Both the position numbers and the translations under genes were made by a program. Below the pieces are notes generated by a model. That model was given only the letters and a program-made list of their open reading frames with translations. It ran no database searches and was not told the origin of the DNA. A DNA stretch of 64,000 nt from Minisyncoccota bacterium (GTDB lineage Bacteria > Patescibacteriota > Minisyncoccia > Phycocordibacterales > UBA918), in the NCBI GenBank assembly GCA_040879435.1, contig JBBDKG010000012.1, forward strand, positions 2,755-66,754. The letters are read 5' to 3'. Numbering within the stretch: position 1 is the first letter of the stretch; each line of letters opens with the position of its first letter. Positions 27,263 through 36,721 of this stretch are shown in pieces.

Positions 27263-27838
27263 ATGAATTACGTTATCTTTGATATTGAAACTCAGAACAT
27301 CTTCCATGAGGTCGGAAGTTCGGACGTGACCAGTCTCGACATCTCGGTGGTGTGCACGTATGAAAGCGAGACCGACACATACACAGCCGTCACGATCGAC
27401 GAGCTGCAGGAACTCTGGCCGATTTTTGAGCGGGCAGATGCGCTCGTTGGATACAACAGCAACCATTTCGACATTCCCCTTCTCAATAAATACTACCCAG
27501 GTGACCTAGCGCAGATAAAAAGCATCGACATCCTTGAATCTATCAAGGAGTCACTCGGTCGCAGACTTCGACTCGACGCGATCGCACAAGCCACCGTTGG
27601 CGCAAAGAAAAGCGCTGATGGACTTGCGGCGGTGCGGTGGTGGCGAGAGGGTAAGGTCGAGGAGGTCAAGAAATATTGTATGCAGGACGTGAAGGTAACC
27701 AAAAAAGTCTTTGAATATGCACTCAAGAACGGTCATGTGAAGTTCAAGGATGGTACGCGCAACAGGGAGATCCCTATCGACACGTCGAATTGGACTGACA
27801 AAGAAGATTCGTCGCTTACGCACTCACTCCTGTTCTAG
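27263..27838 (+). CDS. DnaQ-like 3'-5' exonuclease (DEDDy, PolB-exonuclease-like)
   Basis: Exo I IFDIET, Exo II YNSNHFDIPLL, Exo III YCMQDVKVT. Confidence 0.7.
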   Translation: MNYVIFDIETQNIFHEVGSSDVTSLDISVVCTYESETDTYTAVTIDELQELWPIFERADALVGYNSNHFDIPLLNKYYPGDLAQIKSIDILESIKESLGRRLRLDAIAQATVGAKKSADGLAAVRWWREGKVEEVKKYCMQDVKVTKKVFEYALKNGHVKFKDGTRNREIPIDTSNWTDKEDSSLTHSLLF

Positions 27839-27894
27839 TTGAATACCTCCCTTTATCCTGCTAGTATGCCGGCAGGAAACAAGGGAGTACGAGC

Positions 27895-28194
27895 ATGACA
27901 GCCGCACAAGCGAAGAGTCCGTTCCAGGAGGTGAAGATGCGAGAGGTTTCTCTCCATTATTGGACCGCCAACCATCCAGACGGCACAACTGAATTGCTGC
28001 TCGATAAGCCGGCTAAAGCAGGGCTGGACCAGAAAAAGTTCAAGAAAGAACTCCGAGTCGCTGCCGCCGTGAGCAAGCTAGAAGGCAAAGCTGTCTGGTG
28101 GTGGCACAACGGCATCAAAGTATCGTCAGATGTCTGTCAGGTCGCCGACCCGTGGGCATGGCTCACCGAAAAAAACGCTGAGATGGGCAACTAA
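27895..28194 (+). CDS. hypothetical protein (99 aa)
   Basis: SD AAGGGAG upstream. A terminator follows. No motif recognised. Confidence 0.45.
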   Translation: MTAAQAKSPFQEVKMREVSLHYWTANHPDGTTELLLDKPAKAGLDQKKFKKELRVAAAVSKLEGKAVWWWHNGIKVSSDVCQVADPWAWLTEKNAEMGN

Positions 28195-28212
28195 GCCCCG
28201 CTCGGCCGAACA

Positions 28213-28245
28213 CGAAAACCGCTCCCGGGCGGTTTTCTTTTTAGT
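28213..28245 (+). terminator. intrinsic terminator
   Basis: Perfect 9-bp stem gaaaaccgc/gcggttttc with loop tcccgg, then tttttag. Confidence 0.65.
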
Positions 28246-28302
28246 TTGACAAACTGCCTATTAAAGGTTTATGTATAGCCATCTGAAGAAGGAGTTCCTT
28301 CC

Positions 28303-28677
28303 ATGTTCCTCATTAGCTTTCTTGCTGACACACTCATTGTCGCCGGACTATGCTTGGGTTCGTGGGCTGTCCTGCGTGAAAAGCCACTTGCTACGCTCGC
28401 GAACATCTGTGCGGTCACAGCCTTGTTGCTGACGCTCGTGCTGCTCGTCGGCGCAGGGTCGTCGAGCATGGTTAACGATCCGCTTCTCGCTTTCGCAACA
28501 CTGCTTATTGCCGTCTGTCTCTATCTGTTCTCACTGATCGTCATGATCAATACAAAGGACAGCTTGCGGAAAAGAGTCTTGCAACTTGAGGCGGAAGTCG
28601 ACAAACTGACTCCGAAAGCCCAAAAGCCGAAAGAGATCCCTCTGGGTACGAACGGACACCGATACTTGGACCACTGA
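28303..28677 (+). CDS. membrane protein with C-terminal coiled coil (124 aa)
   Basis: SD AAGGAG upstream. Three TM helices, then RKRVLQLEAEVDKL. Confidence 0.5.
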   Translation: MFLISFLADTLIVAGLCLGSWAVLREKPLATLANICAVTALLLTLVLLVGAGSSSMVNDPLLAFATLLIAVCLYLFSLIVMINTKDSLRKRVLQLEAEVDKLTPKAQKPKEIPLGTNGHRYLDH

Positions 28678-28691
28678 TCAAACAGGAGACA

Positions 28692-28731
28692 ACGTCCTGC
28701 GCAACACCATTTTGCGCAGGACGTTTTTGTT
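28692..28731 (+). terminator. intrinsic terminator
   Basis: 12-bp stem acgtcctgcgca/tgcgcaggacgt, then ttttgtt. Confidence 0.7.
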
Positions 28732-28745
28732 ATGCAACCAATTAA

Positions 28746-29555
28746 CTACGAGACCAGAACAAAGAACACAACAACAACGGCCAACGCAATACGATACCAA
28801 ATGAACGGCCAGAGTGAGTACCTCCGAACAAACGCAAGCATAAAGTGGATCGCCAAAAGACCCACCAGGAACGCCGCTCCAGCACCGAACCCGATAGCTG
28901 TCCATGCAACCGGTTCATTGAGCGTCATGAGCTCAATGAGCTTCTTCGCGCCAGCACCAAGGATGACGGGTATCGCAAGCAAGAATGCGAACCGTGCTGC
29001 TTCTTCACGTGTGAGGCCGAGAAGCATTCCGCCGACAATGGTTGCCCCAGCACGCGACATGCCCGGAATGAGTGCAAGCGATTGAAAAAGTCCGATCAGC
29101 AACCCCTTCCGCACGGTCATCTCCGGCCGTCGCGGTACATTGAGATACACCCACTCTGCATACATGAACAGAAATGAACCGGCAACCAGCACCCCGGCGA
29201 CCAAAAGCGGACTTCGAAAGAACGTTTCCATCAAGGATTCAAGAAGGAGCCCAAAGAAGACCGCCGGCACGGTACCGATCATAAGCGCATACACGAGTGT
29301 CATGTCGCGTGAATTCACCGGCAACCGTGCAAGTTTCCGTACCACCGTATTCGCCAATAGCGCAAGATCGCGATGAAAGTACACGACCACTGCCGCTGCG
29401 GTCGCCAAATGCAACACCGCATCGAACGCAAGCGCATTGCTGCCTCCAAACTCAAAGAAGAAACGGGTGAGCACTAAATGGCCGGTCGAGGAGACCGGCA
29501 GGAACTCGGTAATACCCTGTACCAACCCCAGAATGACCGATTCGGCTGACGTCAT
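28746..29555 (-). CDS. uppP: undecaprenyl-diphosphatase
   Basis: N-terminal ILGLVQGITEFLPVSSTGHLVL matches UppP/BacA. Polytopic membrane protein. Confidence 0.85.
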   Translation of the reverse strand: MTSAESVILGLVQGITEFLPVSSTGHLVLTRFFFEFGGSNALAFDAVLHLATAAAVVVYFHRDLALLANTVVRKLARLPVNSRDMTLVYALMIGTVPAVFFGLLLESLMETFFRSPLLVAGVLVAGSFLFMYAEWVYLNVPRRPEMTVRKGLLIGLFQSLALIPGMSRAGATIVGGMLLGLTREEAARFAFLLAIPVILGAGAKKLIELMTLNEPVAWTAIGFGAGAAFLVGLLAIHFMLAFVRRYSLWPFIWYRIALAVVVVFFVLVS

Positions 29556-29602
29556 GAGCGAATTATATCATGGGCTGATGCATGATATAATGCAGGAAAC
29601 TT

Positions 29603-30379
29603 ATGAATAACAGTCCAGATATGCCCCCTACACCTTCACGCGCACAGTCGCTTGCTATCCCAGTTGCCATCGTCTTTGGCTTCACACTCATTGCGATCGC
29701 CATCTACTTTGGTGGCGGAAACAACCCGATCGCAGCTATTACCGGCTCGAACAACGAACCGCCGGAAGAAACAGATACATCGACCCCGGACCTCTCCCTC
29801 ATCAATCCGGTCACTGAAGCGGATCACATTCGCGGTAATCCGAATGCACCGATCGTCTTCGTCGAATACTCTGACTACGATTGTCCATTCTGCAAGAACT
29901 TCCATGAGACCATGAAGCGCATCATGGACGAGTACGGCAGCAACGGTCAGGTTGCATGGGTGTATCGACAGTTTCCACTCCAGCAGCTCCATCCGAGCGC
30001 ACCACGCATCGCCGAAGCGTCCGAGTGTGTTGCAAAGCTTGGCGGCAATCAGGCCTTCTGGACATTCTCCGACCTTATCTTTGAAGAGCGCACAGTGAAC
30101 GAACCGACGGATATGAGCCGCTTGAATGAGTTTGCAATAAGCGCCGGTGTGGAAGAGGCGGCATTCACCGCGTGCCTGAACAGCGGTGAGACACGAGAAC
30201 TTGTCGAAGAGGACTTCAACAACGCCATTGCGATCGGCGGACGGGGTACCCCGCATACTATCGTACTGGTGGGCGACCAACAGGGCGTTATTAACGGCGC
30301 ACAACCATATGCGACCGTAAAGCAGATCGTCGATAATCTCATTGCTCAGAATGAGGGTGGTGCGCTGGAGGGCGAATAG
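29603..30379 (+). CDS. DsbA/BdbD-like thiol:disulfide oxidoreductase, membrane anchored
   Basis: N-terminal TM. The thioredoxin-fold CPFC active site lies in FVEYSDYDCPFCKNFH. Confidence 0.75.
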   Translation: MNNSPDMPPTPSRAQSLAIPVAIVFGFTLIAIAIYFGGGNNPIAAITGSNNEPPEETDTSTPDLSLINPVTEADHIRGNPNAPIVFVEYSDYDCPFCKNFHETMKRIMDEYGSNGQVAWVYRQFPLQQLHPSAPRIAEASECVAKLGGNQAFWTFSDLIFEERTVNEPTDMSRLNEFAISAGVEEAAFTACLNSGETRELVEEDFNNAIAIGGRGTPHTIVLVGDQQGVINGAQPYATVKQIVDNLIAQNEGGALEGE

Positions 30380-30386
30380 CGTCCCA

Positions 30387-33266
30387 CTAGTTTAGTACCG
30401 TACCGAGCTTTCCACTCCACACGAACTCAATGAGTTCCTGCATCTCTCCCTGGACCTGGTCGAGGTCCTCCTTTGTCACCGGCACGGTCGTGATGGGACA
30501 GCGGTCTTTCTTATCCGGAGAGAGGAACACGAGTGACGCGTTGACGGCCTTTCCTTTGTAGCGGTCGTTCCCTGAAATGAGCAGTGTATAGAAGATGAGC
30601 TGGCGGAAATACTTCCCGTCCGAACTCTTGGTCTCACCACGAATGGCCGCCGGCGACATACCCTGCCGTGTCTTGTAATCAAATACCTCGACTGTATTAC
30701 TGTGTTCGATGATGGCGTCGAGCTTGCCATGAATAGGAATCGTTACCGGTACACCTTCGAACGTGCCCCGAAACTCCGCTTCAACCCATTTTTCTGAATA
30801 AATAGTTCCATCAGTTTCAAAGTGTTCGGAAAGCGCAGCTGCGACCTTTGGTGCGTTCGCGTGCAGCTCGCGCCGTACAGCATCTTTCTCTGCACTCGCC
30901 AACAACGACGCGGCAAGGAACCCGTCAACCGCCTCAATGATGACCTTCTCGATGCGCTCGGAGTCACGCTCCCCTGAACTCCAGATACGATCGAACGCAG
31001 CATGCATCGCACTTCCCTTCTCAGCAGACGCGGACGGTGCCTGCGGCATCTTGAGAATACTCTCAAGCAGGAACGTTTTCGGGTCTTCAACAAAATGGTT
31101 CAGGGCAGTCACTGAAAGTCCTGAGGTGGTCAGTACCCGCTTGGCGAGGTCAGTGATCGCCTGTGCGCGTACAGAATCCACATCCGATTCGTGTGCGGTT
31201 GGTAGCGGTGGGTCGATGTATGGTAGCCGCACGGTAGAGGTGTGTTCAACAGGCAGTTCGTCGATGAACCGCACCGGCAATTGTGTCGTGCCATCAGACT
31301 CCTCTTCTGCGGCCAACACGACCGCGTGCTTTCGTGCGCGTGTGAGCGCGACATAGAAGAGTCTTCGTAGATCGCTGATGTCGTCAGTTGACGCACGCCG
31401 GTTCGGCATCGAGAACGACCGGCCACGCGCTTTGCCGATCCACGCCGATTCGGTCGCGTACGGCAGGAATACATAGTCAAATTCAAGCCCTTTGCTACCA
31501 TGCGCTGTCATTGCCGACACGATACTGTCAGGCACACCCACCGCAACCTTCACCGTCCGCCGTTCAGCCGACTGGCGATACGCCAGGAGTCCGCGCAGGA
31601 GATCAGCCGGGTCGGTCAGTTCACGATCCCGGACTATCGATTCCGCAAGCGCCACAACACCCCGCCACACCTGCACGGAAGCAGGATTCAGTGCCACCTG
31701 TTCGGCAAGCCCTGACTCACGACACAGCGCCACCACACAGCCGAGCGGATCGTCGGTGAGGAGCTGCTTTTGAATTCGCGCAAGTCCGGGTAGCTTCTCC
31801 TCCCATTCGATACGAGCGCCGCTTCGTATCGCCTTTGCCAATTCAGCGACCTCACCGATCGAGAGATCCCAGCAACCGGCGACCATAGTGCGAAGCAGTG
31901 CATCAAGCCGTGTTGGGTCGATGGTAAACTCAGCGAGATCAAAGAAGGTGCGGCCAACCGGGTGTGCGAAGATATCGATACTCCGTTCCGATGAGACTGG
32001 AATCCCTTCCTGCTCCAAGAGCTGCAGGACACGTTCAAGTTCACGGTTCCGGCGCGTGATCACCGCGACCGTTGCGTCCGGCTCGCGTTCTGTCACTTCC
32101 CTGATCGAATCCACAAGATAGCGTTCCATCGCAGATGCATTCTCGGCGGTCGCAACTTCGATCGGCCGCGCCCCCTCACCACTCGCAGCCGTGAGCGGAA
32201 CTCGCAGATCACGATGTTCGTCACCGTCGTAGTTGTGTTCGATCATCGCAAAACCCGCGTCCAGAAGCGACTGGTGCGAACGATAGTTGGTATCGAGCGA
32301 TACTGAGACCATCGTCGGCCATCGTTTCCGAAGCGCAAGGAAGTTCTCTACCGACGCGCCTTGGAATCGGTAGATTGCCTGTTTCTCGTCCCCTACAATG
32401 AACACGTTCGGTATCTCAAAGAATTCGGCGATGATCCGTATGATGAGGTTCTGGGCATCATTCGTGTCCTGATGCTCGTCAACGAGCAGGTAGAGGAACC
32501 GCTCCTGTACGAGCCGCCTCAGCAGTTCGTCACCTTCGAGGGCTGTGATAAGTTCGATAATAAGGTCATCAAAGTCCATCAGCTCCTGCTCATGTTTGGC
32601 CGCTTCGTATGAGGCATATACATCAGCAAATAGTTTTGTCCGCTCACACTTTACGATCTCCCGCTCCGCATCTGCCTTCAACCTGCCTTTTGTCACACCC
32701 CGCGTGGAGATAGAGGATTCATCATTTTTGATGCGCTCTATCTCGTTCAAAGCGAAGGCACGAACGTCATCGGGTGTGAGAGTGTCGCGCTTCGCGTCAC
32801 TGATCGTCCGGATGATCTCCGAGAGGTAGTGGTCAGGTTTCCCCAGCGGACGGATATCGGCAAACTGCGGGCCAGTGAGGATATCGCGAATGAGTGTCTC
32901 CTGCTCGATATCGGTGATCCGGCGTCGGTCACGAAGATGTATGAAGTGGTCGGGATATTCGGCGATCATCGCTGCAGCAAACCCATGAAATGTGAAGATG
33001 CCGACCTCGTGTGCCCGCGGGCCGATAATAGTTCGAAGTTTTGTACGCATCGCCTTCACGCCTGCGTCGGTGTAGGTGATGGCAAGGATACCTGAGGGTG
33101 GCGTGTCAGTGGTGTGGAGGATATTCGCGATACGGAGCGTCAGTACGGTCGTCTTCCCCGTTCCCGGTCCGGCAACCACCATGACCGGACCGTCGATCGT
33201 ATCGACCGCCTTCCTCTGTCCTTCATTTAAACGGTTATATGCTTCATTGAACGCCTGAAAGTCCAT
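30387..33266 (-). CDS. UvrD/PcrA-family DNA helicase with a C-terminal PD-(D/E)xK RecB-like nuclease domain (959 aa)
   Basis: Walker A AGPGTGKTT, DEHQD motif LLVDEHQDTN. C-terminal nuclease motifs GSAMH, IHGKLDAI, VEVFDYKT, QLIFY. Confidence 0.75.
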   Translation of the reverse strand: MDFQAFNEAYNRLNEGQRKAVDTIDGPVMVVAGPGTGKTTVLTLRIANILHTTDTPPSGILAITYTDAGVKAMRTKLRTIIGPRAHEVGIFTFHGFAAAMIAEYPDHFIHLRDRRRITDIEQETLIRDILTGPQFADIRPLGKPDHYLSEIIRTISDAKRDTLTPDDVRAFALNEIERIKNDESSISTRGVTKGRLKADAEREIVKCERTKLFADVYASYEAAKHEQELMDFDDLIIELITALEGDELLRRLVQERFLYLLVDEHQDTNDAQNLIIRIIAEFFEIPNVFIVGDEKQAIYRFQGASVENFLALRKRWPTMVSVSLDTNYRSHQSLLDAGFAMIEHNYDGDEHRDLRVPLTAASGEGARPIEVATAENASAMERYLVDSIREVTEREPDATVAVITRRNRELERVLQLLEQEGIPVSSERSIDIFAHPVGRTFFDLAEFTIDPTRLDALLRTMVAGCWDLSIGEVAELAKAIRSGARIEWEEKLPGLARIQKQLLTDDPLGCVVALCRESGLAEQVALNPASVQVWRGVVALAESIVRDRELTDPADLLRGLLAYRQSAERRTVKVAVGVPDSIVSAMTAHGSKGLEFDYVFLPYATESAWIGKARGRSFSMPNRRASTDDISDLRRLFYVALTRARKHAVVLAAEEESDGTTQLPVRFIDELPVEHTSTVRLPYIDPPLPTAHESDVDSVRAQAITDLAKRVLTTSGLSVTALNHFVEDPKTFLLESILKMPQAPSASAEKGSAMHAAFDRIWSSGERDSERIEKVIIEAVDGFLAASLLASAEKDAVRRELHANAPKVAAALSEHFETDGTIYSEKWVEAEFRGTFEGVPVTIPIHGKLDAIIEHSNTVEVFDYKTRQGMSPAAIRGETKSSDGKYFRQLIFYTLLISGNDRYKGKAVNASLVFLSPDKKDRCPITTVPVTKEDLDQVQGEMQELIEFVWSGKLGTVLN

Positions 33267-33351
33267 AAAGATTCATTATAACCGATGTGGTGAAATGCGC
33301 ATGGAATGCCACTTTTCAACTAATCAGGCTGGTGGTAGTATAGCCCTGTCT

Positions 33352-33804
33352 ATGGAATTGAAGGATATTGTAAAGGAAGCAGTGGTCATTGGTGAAAGCG
33401 CGACGTTTCGCGAAGCACTTTCAGCGATGATCCGTGAACAGACAAATACCCTTTTGGTTACCGGCGACAACGGAGAGCTTATCGGAGAAGTGAGCGTGTC
33501 CGACCTCATGGACGCGGTCGTTCCGGAATACCTTGATGGCGATAGTATCGCTTCGAGCTTTGCCACAGAAGAGATGTTCGAAGAAGCGGTCCAGAAAGCA
33601 TCTGACAAACCGGTCAGTGAGTTTATGAACGCCGATGTCGAAGCTGTGGAGACCGACGATGGTCTGATGCAGGTGGCAGCGGTCGCGATCGCGCACCAGA
33701 AGGCGCGGATCCCGGTGGTGGACAAGGAGAACCGGCCGATCGGCATCATTTCCAGACGCGGTCTCAAAGAACTGCTCGCAAGCTCGCTCAACCTCTCATC
33801 CTAA
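33352..33804 (+). CDS. CBS-pair domain protein
   Basis: Two CBS-like repeats (VIGESATFREALSAM...LLVTGDNGELIGEVSVSDLM and MNADVEAV...IPVVDKENRPIGIISRRGL). The start at MELKDIV is chosen over the track's upstream extension. Confidence 0.6.
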   Translation: MELKDIVKEAVVIGESATFREALSAMIREQTNTLLVTGDNGELIGEVSVSDLMDAVVPEYLDGDSIASSFATEEMFEEAVQKASDKPVSEFMNADVEAVETDDGLMQVAAVAIAHQKARIPVVDKENRPIGIISRRGLKELLASSLNLSS

Positions 33805-33829
33805 TAGTTAACAGCCCGCACGAAGCGTG

Positions 33830-35239
33830 ATGGAATCCGTCACGTTTTTCTTTTGTCACGCACAGATTATGGAACTCATTCAGATGGTCGCGATTGCGAT
33901 CTTTGCCGTCACGTTCTTTTTTATCCTCACCGAACGCATTCACCGGACCGTCATCGGTCTCTTCGGTGCACTCGGTATGGTACTCGCCGGTATCATCCTC
34001 GATTTCTACCACCCGGAGGAGGTCGTTGAAGCCATCGACTTCAATACGCTTGGCCTTCTCTTCGGTATGATGCTTCTGGTCTCGATGCTTGAAAAGACCG
34101 GATTCTTTCAGTTCGTGGGCATCTGGACCGCGAAGAAGACCGGGGGGAGCCCGTGGTTTTTGATGCTCGCACTCGGCGCGATCACTGGTATCTTCTCAAT
34201 GATCCTCGACAATGTGACCACGGTGATCCTTATCGTGCCGGTCACGATCATCATTGCGGATATCCTAAAAATCAACCCCATTCCGATCATCATGTCCGAA
34301 GCGCTTATCTCGAACATCGCCGGGACCGGTACGCTCATCGGTGACCCGCCGAACATCATGATCGGCTCTGCGGTCGGGTTCTCGTTCAATGACTTCCTCA
34401 TTCATTCACTTCCGGTCGTCATCGTCGCGTGGCTCGCAACACTTCTCATCTTCCGAGTCATCTACCGCAAGGATATTGCGAAGAAGCCGGAGAATATCGA
34501 CCAGCTCCAAAAGATGAATGAGTGGGATGCGATCAAGGAACCGAAGACACTCAAGAAGCTACTCGTGGTGTTCGGTATAACGATCGCACTCTTCTTCCTC
34601 CATAGCGTCCTGCACCTTGAGCCGGCCATGGTCGCGCTCATTGGCGCCTCGCTTGCACTTATCGTGGTCTCTCCAAAACACGACCCGCAACATATCATCG
34701 AAAAATGCGAACTGTCTGTTCTTCTCTTCTTCGGATCCTTGTTTGTGATCGTGGGCGGACTTGAGCACGCCGGAATCCTCGAAGAACTGGCGAAGCTCCT
34801 CACCGCCGGTGCTGCAGACAACCTGCTTCTGACCGCCATCATCGTCCTCTGGGCAAGTGCGATCCTCTCTGCGATCGTTGACAACATCCCACTCACGGTC
34901 GCGATGATCCCGATCATCATGTATTTGGGTGCGCAAGGCGTACCGACCGATCTCCTGTGGTGGGCGCTGGTACTCGGTGTTGGATTCGGTGGCAATGGCT
35001 CCCCGATCGGATCGTCTGCCGGCGTCATCGTGGTCGCCAAGTCGGAAAAGACCGGTTCGCCGATCACCTTTATGGGCTGGATGAAACAGGGTGTCCCGAC
35101 CATGATCGCCTGCTTGGTCGTCTCCACCCTTGCACTCGTGTTGTTCACTGAACATTTTTCCACCCACGGACAGCTTGGTGACGTTCGCATCGTGAACGAA
35201 GCGTCTGCATACGAACATCCGGTGCCGTATCAGGACTAA
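33830..35239 (+). CDS. ion-transporter-superfamily permease (ArsB/NhaD/CitMHS-like)
   Basis: About 12 TM segments. Repeated re-entrant-loop-like segments NVTTVILIVPV...GTLIGDPPN and DNIPLTVAMIPI...GSPIGSSAG. Confidence 0.6.
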   Translation: MESVTFFFCHAQIMELIQMVAIAIFAVTFFFILTERIHRTVIGLFGALGMVLAGIILDFYHPEEVVEAIDFNTLGLLFGMMLLVSMLEKTGFFQFVGIWTAKKTGGSPWFLMLALGAITGIFSMILDNVTTVILIVPVTIIIADILKINPIPIIMSEALISNIAGTGTLIGDPPNIMIGSAVGFSFNDFLIHSLPVVIVAWLATLLIFRVIYRKDIAKKPENIDQLQKMNEWDAIKEPKTLKKLLVVFGITIALFFLHSVLHLEPAMVALIGASLALIVVSPKHDPQHIIEKCELSVLLFFGSLFVIVGGLEHAGILEELAKLLTAGAADNLLLTAIIVLWASAILSAIVDNIPLTVAMIPIIMYLGAQGVPTDLLWWALVLGVGFGGNGSPIGSSAGVIVVAKSEKTGSPITFMGWMKQGVPTMIACLVVSTLALVLFTEHFSTHGQLGDVRIVNEASAYEHPVPYQD

Positions 35240-35246
35240 CGAAAAG

Positions 35247-35288
35247 ACAATAAAAACGGCCGCCCTGGGATGGGCGGCCGTTTTGTTT
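35247..35288. terminator. bidirectional intrinsic terminator shared by the permease gene and rpoD
   Basis: 10-bp stem acggccgccc/gggcggccgt. T-tracts on both strands (tttgttt on plus, tttttattg on minus). Confidence 0.7.
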
Positions 35289-36639
35289 AATATGATTTCA
35301 ATCGTCTCGCTTTCTCGTGCTGTCTGATCTTCTCCAGTGCCTTTGCTTCGATCTGACGGATACGTTCACGGGTCACTCCGAATTCCTTCCCTACCTCTTC
35401 AAGCGTATGGTATGTGCCATCGAGGAGTCCGTGCCGCATCTCGAGGATCTTCCGTTCCTTCTCAGAGAGCGTGTCGAGTATCTCAGTGATCTGGTCAGCG
35501 AGGATGCTGTGTGCCACTTCCTGGTCCGGTGCGATGATCTTGTCGTCCGAGATGAAGTCCGAAAGGCGTGAGCGGTCATCATCGTCACCGATCGGGAGCT
35601 CGAGCGAGATGGTGTCCTGACTGATCTTCTCGATCTGGTACACTTTCTCGACCTCAACACCCATCTCTGTGGCGATCTCCTCCGGCATCGGGTCACGACC
35701 AAGGTCTTGGGAGAGTCGGCGTGAGATCTGCTTGTATTTCGCCATCGTCTCCACCATGTGTACCGGAATACGGATGGTTCGTGACTGGTCGGCGAGTGCG
35801 CGAGTGATCGCCTGGCGGATCCACCACGTCGCGTACGTTGAGAACTTGAATCCCTTTTCGTAGTCGAATTTATCGACCGCCTTGAAGAGACCGAGGTTCC
35901 CTTCCTGGATGAGGTCAAGGAGAGTGAGGTCGGGACTCCGCCCCACATACTTCTTGGCGATGGAAACCACGAGACGCAGGTTCGCCCGCGCGAGCAGGTT
36001 CCGTGCCTCCTCATCACCTTCGGTAATACGTTTTGCAAGGTCACGCTCTTCCTGTGCGGTGAGGAGCGGGTACTGCCCGATCTCGCGCAGATACATCTGG
36101 ATCGAATCGTATCCGCTATCGTTCCGGCGATACGCATTCTTTTGTGCAAGTACTTCGTCGGCGTGTGAGTCACCGCCGAGCATGCCGCCACTCTCAAGGA
36201 CGTCAATGTTCGCGATCGCGAACCGTTCGTAGAGGTCGTCAAGGAATGGGACGTCCTTCTCCACTTGCGGGAAGTATTTCAGAATGTCGTCGTAGGTGAT
36301 GTACCCACGGTCACGTCCCATCTTCATCAGCATCTCAGCTTTCGCTTCCTGATCCTTGCGGGCACGGGACAACACCCGTGGCTTTGCCGCAGGTTTCTTC
36401 GTTTTTGCGCGCGTGGCGACCTTGCGCTTTGCGGGCGCTTTCTTGGCTGGTGTCTTCTTTTTAGCTCCAGAGCTGGTAGTTCGTTTTGGCTGCTTCTTTT
36501 GTACTGTGCGCTTCGCTTGTTTTTTGGCTTGCTTTTTTGGTGCTTTCGTCACCCGTTTTGCTTTTGCCTTAGTGGTGGCCTTTCGGGCCACTTTTGATGT
36601 TTTTTTTGTTTTCTGTACGGCTTTGCGCTTTACGGCCAT
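35287..36639 (-). CDS. rpoD: RNA polymerase sigma factor RpoD with a Lys/Ala-rich basic N-terminal extension
   Basis: [40 protein letters not shown] and the region 4 [27 protein letters not shown]. The N-terminal roughly 100 aa are K/A/T-rich, histone H1-like repeats. Confidence 0.95.
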   Translation of the reverse strand: MAVKRKAVQKTKKTSKVARKATTKAKAKRVTKAPKKQAKKQAKRTVQKKQPKRTTSSGAKKKTPAKKAPAKRKVATRAKTKKPAAKPRVLSRARKDQEAKAEMLMKMGRDRGYITYDDILKYFPQVEKDVPFLDDLYERFAIANIDVLESGGMLGGDSHADEVLAQKNAYRRNDSGYDSIQMYLREIGQYPLLTAQEERDLAKRITEGDEEARNLLARANLRLVVSIAKKYVGRSPDLTLLDLIQEGNLGLFKAVDKFDYEKGFKFSTYATWWIRQAITRALADQSRTIRIPVHMVETMAKYKQISRRLSQDLGRDPMPEEIATEMGVEVEKVYQIEKISQDTISLELPIGDDDDRSRLSDFISDDKIIAPDQEVAHSILADQITEILDTLSEKERKILEMRHGLLDGTYHTLEEVGKEFGVTRERIRQIEAKALEKIRQHEKARRLKSY

Positions 36640-36721
36640 ATGTGACGACCACTATACTGGATAATCAGGAAATGTCGAGTATTCAAAAGTACCCTTCTGT
36701 CAATATCTTTGGCTGTGGAAA

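Noticed and set aside
30476-33258. Multiple 60-140-aa ORFs on both strands inside the helicase-nuclease gene
   Set aside because: Shadow ORFs within a 959-aa CDS that has continuous helicase and nuclease motifs.
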